Shown here: positions 14,301-28,330 of the stretch, one piece after another
How positions within the stretch are numbered: the stretch's first letter is position 1
How the letters are laid out: each line of letters starts with the position of its first letter
NCBI GenBank assembly: GCA_040954595.2
Contig: CM082596.2
Coordinates: forward strand, 10,780,454 to 10,844,453
DNA length: 64,000 bases
Direction: 5' to 3'
Source: Balanoglossus misakiensis
Lineage: Eukaryota; Animalia; Hemichordata
The notes under the pieces: model-generated
What the model saw: the letters and a program-made list of their open reading frames with translations, nothing else
Told to the model about the DNA's origin: nothing
The model's database searches: none
Program-made: the position numbers and the translations under genes

Positions 14301-17300
14301 AGTCAAAAAATTTTCATTTTTGGACTATTTTCGTGAGCCGTAACCCATGATTTTTTTCAAAAAATGCAGAAATTTTGAACTTTCGCAAAGGCAAAAAAAA
14401 TGTCATTTTTCGACGATTTTCGTGAGCCGTGACCCATGATTTTTTTTCAAAAAATGCAGAAATTTTGAATTTTCGCAAAGTAGAAAAATTGTCATTTTTG
14501 GACGATTTTCGTGAGCCGTAACCCATGATTTTTTTCAAAAAATGCAGAAATTTTGAACATTCGCAAAGTCGAAAAATTGTCATTTTAGAACGATTTTCGT
14601 GAGCCGTAACCATGATTTTTTCAAAAAATGCAGAAATTTTGAACTTTTGCAAAGTCGAAAAATTGGCATTTTTGGACGATTTTCGTGAGCCGTGACCCAT
14701 GTTTTTTTTTAAAAAATGCAGAAATTTTGAATTTTCGCAAAGTAGAAAAATTGTCATTTTTGGACGATTTTCGTGAGCCGTAACCCATGATTTTTTTCAA
14801 AAAATGCAGAAATTTTGAACTTTTGCAAAGTCGAAAAATTGGCATTTTTGGACGATTTTCGTGAGCCGTAACCCATGATTTTTTTCAAAAAATGCAGAAA
14901 TTTTGCAAAGTTGAAAAATTGGCATTTTTTGACGATTTTCGTGAGCCGTGACCCATGATTTTTTTCAAAAAATGCAGAAATTTTGAACTTTTGCAAAGTC
15001 GAAAAATTTGCATTTTTGGACGATTTTCGTGCGCCGTGACCCATGATTTTTTTTTTAAAAAATGCAGAAATTTTTAATTTTCGCAAAGTTGAAAAATTGT
15101 CATTTTTGGAAAATTTTCGTGAGCCGTAACCCATGATTTTTTTTTTCAAAAAATGCAGAAATTTTAAACTTTTGCAAAGTCGAAAAATTGGCATTTTTGG
15201 ACGATTTTCGTGAGCCGTAACCCATGATTTTTTTCAAAAAAGCAGAAATTTTGAACTTTTGCAAAGTCGAAAAATTGTCATTTTAGGACGATTTTCGTGA
15301 GACGTAACCCATGATTTTTTTCAAAAAAATGCAGAAATTTTGAACTTTCGCAAAGTCGAAAATTGTCATTTTTGGACGATTTTCGTGAGCCGTAACCCAT
15401 GATTTTTTTCAAAAAATGCAGAAATTTAGAACTTTCGCAAAGTCGAAAAATTGTCATTTTTGGACGATTTTCGTGAGCCGTAACCCATGATTTTTTTCAA
15501 AAAAATGCAGAAATTTAGAACTTTCGCAAAGTAGAAAAATTGTCATTTTTGGACGATTTTCGTGAGCCTTGACCAATGATCTTTTTCAAAAAATGCAGAA
15601 ATTTTGAACTTTTGCAAAGCAGAAAAATTGTCATTTTTGGACGATTTTCGTGAGCCGTGACCCATGATTTTTTTCAAAAAATGCAGAAATTTAGAACTTT
15701 TGCAAAGTCAACAAATTGTCATTTTGGACTATTTTCGTGAGCCGTAACCCATGATTTTTTTCAAAAAATGCAGAAATTTTGAACTTTCGCAAAGGCAAAA
15801 AAATGTCATTTTTCGACGATTTTCGTGAGCCGTGACCCATGATTTTTTTTCAAAAAATGCAGAAATTTTGAATTTTCGCAAAGTAGAAAAATTGTCATTG
15901 TTGGACGATTTCGTGAGCCGTAACCCATGATTTTTTTCAAAAAATGCAGAAATTTTGAACATTCGCAAAGTCGAAAAATTGTCATTTTAGAACGATTTTC
16001 GTGAGCCGTAACCCATGATTTTTTCAAAAAATGCAGAAATTTTGAACTTTTGCAAAGTCGAAAAATTGGCATTTTTGGACGATTTTCGTGAGCCGTGACC
16101 CATGTTTTTTTTTTAAAAATGCAGAAATTTTGAATTTTCGCAAAGTAGAAAAATTGTCATTTTTGGACGATTTTCGTGAGCCGTAACCCATGATTTTTTT
16201 CAAAAAATGCAGAAATTTTGAACTTTTGCAAAGTCGAAAAATTGGCATTTTTGGACGATTTTCGTGAGCCGTAACCCATGATTTTTTTCAAAAAATGCAT
16301 AAATTTTGAATTTTCGCAAAGTAGAAAAATCGTCATTTTTGGACGATTTTCGTGAGCCGTAACCCATGATTTTTTTTTTCAAAAAATGCAGAAATTTTAA
16401 ACTTTTGCAAAGCGAAAAATTGGCATTTTTGGACGATTTTCGTGAGCCGTAACCCATGATTTTTTTCAAAAAAAGCAAGAAATTTTGAACTTTTGCAAAG
16501 TCGAAAAATTGTCATTTTAGGACGATTTTCGTGAGACGTAACCCATGATTTTTTTCAAAAAATGCAGAAATTTAGAACTTTCGCAAAGTCAACAAATTGT
16601 CATTTTTGGACTATTTTCGTGAGCCGTAACCCATGATTTTTTTCAAAAAAATGCCAGAAATTTAGAACTTTCGCAAAGTCGAAAAATTTTCATTTTTGGA
16701 CGATTTTCGTGAGCCGTAACCCATGATTTTTTTCAAAAAAATGCAGAAATTTAGAACTTTCGCAAAGTAGAAAAATTGGCATTTTTGGACGATTTTCGTG
16801 AGCCGTGACCCATGATTTTTTTCAAAAAATGCAGAAATTTAGAACTTTTGCAAAGTCAAAAAATTGTCATTTTTTGGACGATTTTCGTGAGCCGTAACCC
16901 ATGATTTTTTTCAAAAAATGCAGAAATTTTGAACATTCGCAAAGTCGAAAAATTGTCATTTTAGAACGATTTTCGTGAGCCGTAACCCATGATTTTGTCA
17001 AAAAATGCAGAAATTTTGAACTTTTGCAAAGTCGAAAAATTGGCATTTTTGGACGATTTTCGTGAGCCGTGACCCATGTTTTTTTTAAAAATGCAGAAAT
17101 TTTGAATTTTCGCAAAGTAGAAAAATTGTCATTTTTGGACGATTTTCGTGAGCCGTAACCGTGATTTTTTTCAAAAAATGCAGAAATTTTGAACATTCGC
17201 AAAGTCGAAAAATTGTCATTTAGAACGATTTTCGTGAGCCGTAACCCATGATTTTGTCAAAAAATGCAGAAATTTTGAACTTTTGCAAAGTCGAAAAATG

Positions 17301-20300
17301 GGCATTTTTGGACGATTTTCGTGAGCCGTGACCCATGTTTTTTTTTTAAAAAATTGCAGAAATTTTGAATTTTCGCAAAGTAGAAAAATCGTCATTTTTG
17401 GACGATTTTCGTGAGCCGTAACCGTGATTTTTTCAAAAAATGCAGAAATTTTGAACTTTTGCAAAGTCAAAAAATTTTCATTTTTGGACTATTTTCGTGA
17501 GCCGTGACCCATGATTTTTTTCAACAAATGCAGAAATTTAGAACTTTTGCAAAGTCAAAAAATTTTCATTTTTGGACTATTTTCGTGAGCCGTAACCCAT
17601 GATTTTTTTCAAAAAATGCAGAAATTTAGAACTTTTGCAAAGTCAAAAATTGTCATTTTTGGAATATTTTTCGTGAGCCGTAACCCATGATTTTTTTCAA
17701 AAAATGCAGAAATTTTGAACTTTCGCAAAGTCGAAAAAATGTCATTTTTGGACGATTTTCGTGAGCCGTAACCCATGATTTTTTTCAAAAAATGCAGAAA
17801 TTTTGAATGTTCGCAAAGTAGAAAAATTGTCATTTTTAGACGATTTTCGTGAGCCTTGACCAATGATTTTTTTCAAAAAATGCAGAAATTTAGAAGTTTT
17901 GCAAAGTAGAAAAATTGTCATTTTTGGACGATTTTCGTGAGCCGTGACCCATGATTTTTTTCAAAAAATGCAGAAATTTAGAACTTTTGCAAAGTCAAAA
18001 AATTTTCATTTTTGAAATATTTTCGTGAGCCGTAACCCATGATTTTTTTCAAAAAATGCAGAAATTTTGAACTTTTGCAAAGTCGAAAAATTGGCATTTT
18101 TGGACGATTTTCGTGAGCCGTGACCCATGTTTTTTTTTTAAAAATGCAGAAATTTTGAATTTTCGCAAAGTAGAAAAATTGTCATTTTTGGACGATTTTC
18201 GTGAGCCGTAACCCATGATTTTTTTCAAAAAATGCAGAAATTTTGAACTTTTGCAAAGTCGAAAAATTGGCATTTTTGGACGATTTTCGTGAGCCGTAAC
18301 CCATGATTTTTTTCAAAAAAATGCATAAATTTTGAATTTTCGCAAAGTAGAAAAATCGTCATTTTTGGACGATTTTCGTGAGCCGTAACCCATGATTTTT
18401 TTTTTCAAAAAATGCAGAAATTTTAAACTTTTGCAAAGTCGAAAAATTGGCATTTTTGGACGATTTTCGTGAGCCGTAACCCATGATTTTTTTCAAAAAA
18501 AGCAGAAATTTTGAACTTTTGCAAAGTCGAAAAATTGTCATTTTAGGACGATTTTCGTGAGACGTAACCCATGATTTTTTTCAAAAAATGCAGAAATTTA
18601 GAACTTTCGCAAAGTCAACAAATTGTCATTTTTGGACTATTTTCGTGAGCCGTAACCCATGATTTTTTTCAAAAAAATGCAGAAATTTAGAACTTTCGCA
18701 AAGTCGAAAATTTTCATTTTTGGACGATTTTCGTGAGCCGTAACCCATGATTTTTTTCAAAAAAATGCAGAAATTTAGAACTTTCGCAAAGTAGAAAAAT
18801 TGGCATTTTTGGACGATTTTCGTGAGCCTTGACCAATGATCTTTTTCAAAAAATGCAGAAATTTTGAACTTTTGCAAAGCAGAAAAATTGTCATTTTTGG
18901 ACGATTTTCGTGAGCCGTGACCCATGATTTTTTTCAAAAAATGCAGAAATTTAGAACTTTTGCAAAGTCAAAAAATTGTCATTTTTGGACTATTTTCGTG
19001 AGCCGTAACCCATGATTTTTTTCAAAAAATTCAGAAATTTTGAACTTTCGCAAAGGCAAAAAAAATGTCATTTTTCGACGATTTTCGTGAGCCGTGACCC
19101 ATGATTTTTTTTCAAAAAATGCAGAAATTTTGAATTTTCGCAAAGTAGAAAAATTGTCATTTTTGGACGATTTTCGTGAGCCGTAACCCATGATTTTTTT
19201 CAAAAAATGCAGAAATTTTGAACATTCGCAAAGTCGAAAAATTGTCATTTTAGAACGATTTTCGTGAGCCGTAACCCATGATTTTGTCAAAAAATGCAGA
19301 AATTTTGAACTTTTGCAAAGTCGAAAAATTGGCATTTTTGGACGATTTTCGTGAGCCGTGACCCATGTTTTTTTTTAAAAATGCAGAAATTTTGAATTTT
19401 CGCAAAGTAGAAAAATTGTCATTTTTGGACGATTTTCGTGAGCCGTAACCGTGATTTTTTTCAAAAAATGCAGAAATTTTGAACATTCGCAAAGTCGAAA
19501 AATTGTCATTTTAGAACGATTTTCGTGAGCCGTAACCCATGATTTTGTCAAAAAATGCAGAAATTTTGAACTTTTGCAAAGTCAAAAAATTTTCATTTTT
19601 GGACTATTTTCGTGAGCCGTAACCCATGATTTTTTTCAAAAAATGCAGAAATTTAGAACTTTTGCAAAGTCAAAAAATTGTCATTTTGGAATATTTTCGT
19701 GAGCCGTAACCCATGATTTTTTTCAAAAAATGCAGAAATTTTAAACTTTCGCAAAGTCAAAAAAATGTCATTTTTGGACGATTTTCGTGAGCCGTAACCC
19801 ATGATTTTTTTCAAAAAATGCAGAAATTTTGAACTTTCGCAAAGTCGAAAAAATGTCATTTTTGGACGATTTTCGTGAGCCGTAACCCATGATTTTTTTC
19901 AAAAAATGCAGAAATTTTGAATGTTCGCAAAGTAGAAAAATTGTCATTTTTAGACGATTTTCGTGAGCCTTGACCAATGATTTTTTTCAAAAAATGCAGA
20001 AATTTAGAAGTTTTGCAAAGTAGAAAAATTGTCATTTTTGGACGATTTTCGTGAGCCGTGACCCATGATTTTTTTCAAAAAATGCAGAAATTTAGAACTT
20101 TTGCAAAGTCAAAAAATTTTCATTTTTGAAATATTTTCGTGAGCCGTAACCCATGATTTTTTTCAAAAAATGCAGAAATTTTGAACTTTCGCAAAGTCAA
20201 AAAAATGTCATTTTTGGACGATTTTCGTGAGCCGTGACCCATGATTTTTTTCAAAAAATGCAGAAATTTTGAATGTTCGCAAAGTAGAAAAATTGTCATT

Positions 20301-20868
20301 TTTGGACGATTTTCGTGAGCCGTAACCCATGATTTTTTTCAAAAAATGCAGAAATTTTGAACTTTCGCAAAGTCGAAAAATTGTCATTTTTGGACGATTT
20401 TCGTGAGCCGTAACCCATGATTTTTTTCAAAAAATGCAGAAATTTAGAACTTTCGCAAAGTAGAAAAATTGTCATTTTTGGACGATTTTCGTGAGCCGTG
20501 ACCCATGATTTTTTCAAAAAATGCAGAAATTTTGAAAGTTCGCAAAGTAGAAAAATTGTCATTTTTGGACGATTTTCGTGATCCGTAACCCATGATTTTT
20601 TTCAAAAAATGCAGAAATTTTGAACATTCGCAAAGTCGAAAAATTGTCATTTTTGGACGATTTTCGTGAGCCTTAACCCATGATTTTTTTTTTTAAATGC
20701 AGAAATTTTGAACTTTTGCAAAGTCGATGAATTGTCATTTTTGGACGATTTTCGTGAGCCGTAACCCATGATTTTTTTCAAAAAATGCAGGAATTTTGAA
20801 AATTCGCAAAGTCGAAAAATTGTCCTTTTTGGACGATTTTCGTGAGACGTAACCAATGATTTTTTTCA
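2376..20868. repeat. Tandem duplication of a ~9.25-kb (~105-monomer) higher-order block: ~2376-11625 and ~11626-20868
   Basis: Matching pseudo-ORFs and diagnostic variants recur at offsets of 9250 to 9243 (2686/11936, 2817/12067, 3842/13092, 11404/20647). Confidence 0.92.
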
Positions 20869-23800
20869 AAAAATGCAGAAATTTTGAACTTTCGCAAAGT
20901 CGAAAAATTGTCATTTTGGACGATTTTAGCGAGCCGTAACCCATGATTTTTTTCAAAAATGCAGAAATTTTGAATTTTCGCAAAGTAGAAAAATTGTCAT
21001 TTTAGAACGATATTCGTGAGCCGTAACCCATGATTTTTTCAAAAAATGCAGAAATTTAGAACTTTCGCAAAGTAGAAAAATTGTCATTTTTAGACGATTT
21101 TCGTGAGCCGTGACCCATGATTTTTTCAAAAAATGCAGAAATTTTGAATGTTCGCAAAGTAGAAAAATTGTCATTTTTGGACGATTTTCGTGAGCCTTAA
21201 CCCATGATTTTTTTCAAAAAATGCAGAAATTTTGAACATTCGCAAAGTCGAAAAATTGTCATTTTGGACGATTTTCGTGAGCCTTAACCCATGATTTTTT
21301 TTTTTTAATGCAGAAATTTTGAACTTTTGCAAAGTCGATGAATTGTCATTTTTGGACGATTTTCGTGAGCCGTAACCCATGATTTTTTTCAAAAAATGCA
21401 GAAATTTTGAAAATTCGCAAAGTCGAAAAATTGTCCTTTTTGGACGATTTTCGTGAGACGTAACCCATGATTTTTTTCAAAAAATGCAGAAATTTTGAAC
21501 TTTCGCAAAGTCGAAAAATTGTCATTTTGGACGATTTTAGTGAGCCGTAACCCATGATTTTTTTCAAAAATGCAGAAATTTTGAATTTTCGCAAAGTAGA
21601 AAAATTGTCATTTTAGAACGATATTCGTGAGCCGTAACCCATGATTTTTTCAAAAAATGCAGAAATTTTGAACTTTTGCAAAGTCGAAAAATTGGCATTT
21701 TTGGACGATTTTCGTGAGCCGTAACCCATGATTTTTTTTCAAAAAATGCAAAACTTTTGAACATTCGCAAAGTCGAAAAATTGTCATTTTTGGACGATTT
21801 TCATGAGCCGTAACCGTGATTTTTTTCAAAAAATGCAGAAATTTAGAACTTTCGCAAAGTCGAAAAATTGTCATTTTTGGACGATTTTCGTGAGCCTTGA
21901 CCAATGATTTTTTTCAAAAAATGCAGAAATTTAGAACTTTTGCAAAGTAGAAATATTGTCATTTTTGGACGATTTTCGTGATCCGTGACCCATGATTTTT
22001 TTCAAAAAATGCAGAAATTTAGAACTTTTGCAAAGTCAAAAAAATGTCATTTCTGGACTATTTTCGTGAGCCGTGACCCATGATTTTTTTCAAAAATGCA
22101 GAAATTTTGAATTTTCGCAAAGTAGAAAAATTGTCATTTTGGACGATTTTCGTGAGCCTTAACCCATGATTTTTTTTTTTTTAATGCAGAAATTTTGAAC
22201 TTTTGCAAAGTCGATGAATTGTCATTTTTGGACGATTTTCGTGAGCCGTAACCCATGATTTTTTTCAAAAAATGCAGAAATTTTGAAAATTCGCAAAGTC
22301 GAAAAATTGTCCTTTTTGGACGATTTTCGTGAGACGTAACCCATGATTTTTTTCAAAAAATGCAGAAATTTTGAACTTTCGCAAAGTCGAAAAATTGTCA
22401 TTTTGGACGATTTTAGTGAGCCGTAACCCATGATTTTTTTCAAAAATGCAGAAATTTTGAATTTTCGCAAAGTAGAAAAATTGTCATTTTAGAACGATAT
22501 TCGTGAGCCGTAACCCATGATTTTTTCAAAAAATGCAGAAATTTTGAACTTTTGCAAAGTCGAAAAATTGGCATTTTTGGACGATTTTCGTGAGCCGTAA
22601 CCCATGATTTTTTTTCAAAAAATGCAAAACTTTTGAACATTCGCAAAGTCGAAAAATTGTCATTTTTGGACGATTTTCATGAGCCGTAACCGTGATTTTT
22701 TTCAAAAAATGCAGAAATTTAGAACTTTCGCAAAGTCGAAAAATTGTCATTTTTGGACGATTTTCGTGAGCCTTGACCAATGATTTTTTTCAAAAAATGC
22801 AGAAATTTAGAACTTTTGCAAAGTAGAAATATTGTCATTTTTGGACGATTTTCGTGATCCGTGACCCATGATTTTTTTCAAAAAATGCAGAAATTTAGAA
22901 CTTTTGCAAAGTCAAAAAAATGTCATTTCTGGACTATTTTCGTGAGCCGTGACCCATGATTTTTTTCAAAAATGCAGAAATTTTGAATTTTCGCAAAGTA
23001 GAAAAATTGTCATTTTTGAACGATTTTCGCGAGCCGTAACCCATGATTTTTTTCAAAAAATGCAGAAATTTTGAACATTCGCAAAGTCGAAAAATTGTCA
23101 TTTTAGAACGATATTCGTGAGCCGTAACCCATGATTTTTTCAAAAAATGCAGAAATTTAGAACTTTTGCAAAGTAGAAATATTGTCATTTTTGGACGATT
23201 TTCGTGAGCCGTGACCCATGATATTTTTCAAAAAATGCAGAAATTTAGAACTTTTGCAAAGTCAAAAAATTTTCATTTTTGGACTATTTTCGTGAGCCGT
23301 GACCCATGATTTTTTTCAAAAAATGCAGAAATTTAGAACTTTTGCAAAGTCAAAAAATTTTCATTTTTGGACTATTTTCGTGAGCCGTAACCCATGATTT
23401 TTTCAAGAAATGCAGAAATTTTGAACTTTCGCAAAGTCAAAAAAATGTCATTTTTGGACGATTTTCGTGAGCCGTAACCCATGATTTTTTTCAAAAAATG
23501 CAGAAATTTAGAACTTTCGCAAAGTAGAAAAATTGTCATTTTTGGACGATTTTCGTGAGCCGTGACCCATGATTTTTTTCAAAAAATGCAGAAATTTTGC
23601 ACTTTTGCAAAGTCGAAAAATTGTCATTTTTGGACGATTTTCGTGAGCCGTAACCCATGATTTTTTTCAAAAAATGCAGAAATTTTGAACATTCGCAAAG
23701 TCGAAAAATTGTCATTTTTGGACGATTTTTGTGAGCCTTGACCCATGATTTTTTTTTTTAAATGCAGAAATTTTGAACTTTTGCAAAGTCGATGAATTGT

Positions 23801-24099
23801 CATTTTTGGACGAATTTCGTGAGCCGTAACCCATGATTTTTTTCAAAAAATGCAGAAATTTAGAACTTTCGCAAAGTAGAAAAATTGTCATTTTTGGACG
23901 ATTTTCGTGAGCCGTGACCCATGATTTTTTTCAAAAAATGCGGAAATTTTGAATTTTCGCAAAGTAGAAAAATTGTCATTTTTGGACGATTTTCGTGAGC
24001 CTTGACCCATAATTTTTTTTTTTTAAATGCAGAAATTTTGAACTTTTGCAAAGTCGATGAATTGTCATTTTTGGACGATTTTCGTGAGCCGTGACCCAT

Positions 24100-27000
24100 G
24101 ATTTTTTTCAAAAAATGCATAAATTTTGAACTTTTGCTAAGTCGATGAATTGTCATTTTTGGACGATTTTCGTGAGCCGTGACCCATGATTTTTTTCAAA
24201 AAATGCATAAATTTTGAACTTTTGCTAAGTCGAAAAATTGTCATTTTTGGACGATTTTCGTGAGCCGTGACCCATGATTTTTTTCAAAAAATGCAGAAAT
24301 TTAGAACTTTTGCAAAGTCAAAAAATTGTCATTTTTGGACTATTTTCGTGAGCCGTAACCCATGATTTTTTTCAAAAAATGCAGAAATTTTGAACTTTCG
24401 CAAAGGCAAAAAAATGTCATTTTTCGACGATTTTCGTGAGCCGTGACCCATGATTTTTTTTAAAAAATGCAGAAATTTTGAATTTTCGCAAAGTAGAAAA
24501 ATTGTCATTTTTGGACGATTTTCGTGAGCCGTAACCCATGATTTTTTTCAAAAAATGCAGAAATTTTGAACATTCGCAAAGTCGAAAAATTGTCATTTTA
24601 GAACGATTTTCGTGAGCCGTAACCCATGATTTTTTCAAAAAATGCAGAAATTTTGAACTTTTGCAAAGTCGAAAAATTGGCATTTTTGGACGATTTTCGT
24701 GAGCCGTAACCCATGATTTTTATCAAAAAATGCATAAATTTTGAATTTTCGCAAAGTAGAAAAATCGTCATTTTTGGACTATTTTCGTGAGCCGTAACCA
24801 TGATTTTTTTCAAAAAATGCTGAAATTTTGAACTGTCGCAAAGTCGAAAAATTGTCATTTTTGGACGATTTTTGTGAGCCGTGACCCATGATTTTTTTCA
24901 AAAAATGCAGAAATTTAGAACTTTTGCAAAGTAGAAAAATTGGCATTTTTGGACGATTTTCGTGAGCCGTGACCCATGATTTTTTTAAAAAAATGCTGAA
25001 ATTTTGAACTTTTGCAAAGTCGATGAATTGTCATTTGTGGACGAATTTCGTGAGCCGTAACCCATGATTTTTTTCAAAAAATGCAGAAATTTAGAACTTT
25101 CGCAAAGTAGAAAAATTGTCATTTTTGGACGATTTTCGTGAGCCGTGACCCATGATTTTTTTCAAAAAATGCAGAAATTTTGAATTTTCGCAAAGTAGAA
25201 AAATTGTCATTTTTGGACGATTTTCGTGAGCATTGACCCATAATTTTTTTTTTTTAAATGCAGAAATTTTGAACTTTTGCAAAGTCGAAAAATTGTCATT
25301 TTTGGACGATTTTCGTGAGCCGTGACCCATGATTTTTTTTAAAAAATGCAGAAATTTAGAACTTTTGCAAAGTCAAAAAATTGTCATTTTTGGACGATTT
25401 TCGTGAGCCGTAACCCATGATTTTTTTCAAAAAATGCAGAAATTTTGAACATTCGCAAAGTCGAAAAATTGTCATTTTAGAACGATTTTCGTGAGCCGTA
25501 ACCCATGATTTTTTTCAAAAAATGCAGAAATTTTGAACTTTTGCTAAGTCGATGAATTGTCATTTTTGGACGATTTTCGTGAGCCGTGACCCATGATTTT
25601 TTTCAAAAAATGCATAAATTTTGAACTTTTGCTAAGTCGAAAAATTGTCATTTTTGGACGATTTTCGTGAGCCGTGACCCATGATTTTTTTCAAAAAATG
25701 CAGAAATTTAGAACTTTTGCAAAGTCAAAAAATTGTCATTTTTGGACTATTTTCGTGAGCCGTAACCCATGATTTTTTTCAAAAAATGCAGAAATTTTGA
25801 ACTTTCGCAAAGGCAAAAAAATGTCATTTTTCGACGATTTTCGTGAGCCGTGACCCATGATTTTTTTTAAAAAATGCAGAAATTTTGAATTTTCGCAAAG
25901 TAGAAAAATTGTCATTTTTGGACGATTTTCGTGAGCCGTAACCCATGATTTTTTTCAAAAAATGCAGAAATTTTGAACATTCGCAAAGTCGAAAAATTGT
26001 CATTTTAGAACGATTTTCGTGAGCCGTAACCCATGATTTTTTCAAAAAATGCAGAAATTTTGAACTTTTGCAAAGTCGAAAAATTGGCATTTTTGGACGA
26101 TTTTCGTGAGCCGTAACCCATGATTTTTATCAAAAAATGCATAAATTTTGAATTTTCGCAAAGTAGAAAAATCGTCATTTTTGGACTATTTTCGTGAGCC
26201 GTAACCATGATTTTTTTCAAAAAATGCTGAAATTTTGAACTGTCGCAAAGTCGAAAAATTGTCATTTTTGGACGATTTTTGTGAGCCGTGACCCATGATT
26301 TTTTTCAAAAAATGCAGAAATTTAGAACTTTTGCAAAGTAGAAAAATTGGCATTTTTGGACGATTTTCGTGAGCCGTGACCCATGATTTTTTTAAAAAAA
26401 TGCTGAAATTTTGAACTTTTGCAAAGTCGATGAATTGTCATTTTTGGACGAATTTCGTGAGCCGTAACCCATGATTTTTTTCAAAAAATGCAGAAATTTA
26501 GAACTTTCGCAAAGTAGAAAAATTGTCATTTTTGGACGATTTTCGTGAGCCGTGACCCATGATTTTTTTCAAAAAATGCAGAAATTTTGAATTTTCGCAA
26601 AGTAGAAAAATTGTCATTTTTGGACGATTTTCGTGAGCATTGACCCATAATTTTTTTTTTTTAAATGCAGAAATTTTGAACTTTTGCAAAGTCGAAAAAT
26701 TGTCATTTTTGGACGATTTTCGTGAGCCGTGACCCATGATTTTTTTTAAAAAATGCAGAAATTTAGAACTTTTGCAAAGTCAAAAAATTGTCATTTTTGG
26801 ACGATTTTCGTGAGCCGTAACCCATGATTTTTTTCAAAAAATGCAGAAATTTTGAACATTCGCAAAGTCGAAAAATTGTCATTTTAGAACGATTTTCGTG
26901 AGCCGTAACCCATGATTTTTTTCAAAAAATGCAGAAATTTTGAACTTTTGCTAAGTCGATGAATTGTCATTTTTGGACGATTTTCGTGAGCCGTGACCCA

Positions 27001-28330
27001 TGATTTTTTTCAAAAAATGCATAAATTTTGAACTTTTGCTAAGTCGAAAAATTGTCATTTTTGGACGATTTTCGTGAGCCGTGACCCATGATTTTTTTCA
27101 AAAAATGCAGAAATTTAGAACTTTTGCAAAGTCAAAAAATTGTCATTTTTGGACTATTTTCGTGAGCCGTAACCCATGATTTTTTTCAAAAAATGCAGAA
27201 ATTTTGAACTTTCGCAAAGGCAAAAAAATGTCATTTTTCGACGATTTTCGTGAGCCGTGACCCATGATTTTTTTTAAAAAATGCAGAAATTTTGAATTTT
27301 CGCAAAGTAGAAAAATTGTCATTTTTGGACGATTTTCGTGAGCCGTAACCCATGATTTTTTTCAAAAAATGCAGAAATTTTGAACATTCGCAAAGTCGAA
27401 AAATTGTCATTTTAGAACGATTTTCGTGAGCCGTAACCCATGATTTTTTCAAAAAATGCAGAAATTTTGAACTTTTGCAAAGTCGAAAAATTGGCATTTT
27501 TGGACGATTTTCGTGAGCCGTAACCCATGATTTTTATCAAAAAATGCATAAATTTTGAATTTTCGCAAAGTAGAAAAATCGTCATTTTTGGACTATTTTC
27601 GTGAGCCGTAACCATGATTTTTTTCAAAAAATGCTGAAATTTTGAACTGTCGCAAAGTCGAAAAATTGTCATTTTTGGACGATTTTTGTGAGCCGTGACC
27701 CATGATTTTTTTCAAAAAATGCAGAAATTTAGAACTTTTGCAAAGTAGAAAAATTGGCATTTTTGGACGATTTTCGTGAGCCGTGACCCATGATTTTTTT
27801 AAAAAAATGCTGAAATTTTGAACTTTTGCAAAGTCGATGAATTGTCATTTTTGGACGAATTTCGTGAGCCGTAACCCATGATTTTTTTCAAAAAATGCAG
27901 AAATTTAGAACTTTCGCAAAGTAGAAAAATTGTCATTTTTGGACGATTTTCGTGAGCCGTGACCCATGATTTTTTTCAAAAAATGCAGAAATTTTGAATT
28001 TTCGCAAAGTAGAAAAATTGTCATTTTTGGACGATTTTCGTGAGCATTGACCCATAATTTTTTTTTTTTAAATGCAGAAATTTTGAACTTTTGCAAAGTC
28101 GAAAAATTGTCATTTTTGGACGATTTTCGTGAGCCGTGACCCATGATTTTTTTTAAAAAATGCAGAAATTTAGAACTTTTGCAAAGTCAAAAAATTGTCA
28201 TTTTTGGACGATTTTCGTGAGCCGTAACCCATGATTTTTTTCAAAAAATGCAGAAATTTTGAACATTCGCAAAGTCGAAAAATTGTCATTTTAGAACGAT
28301 TTTCGTGAGCCGTAACCCATGATTTTTTTC
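24100..28330. repeat. 16-mer higher-order repeat, period 1407 bp, about 3 copies (boundaries approximate)
   Basis: Identical pseudo-ORFs at 24417/25824/27231, 24598/26005/27412 and 25091/26498/27905. Confidence 0.9.
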
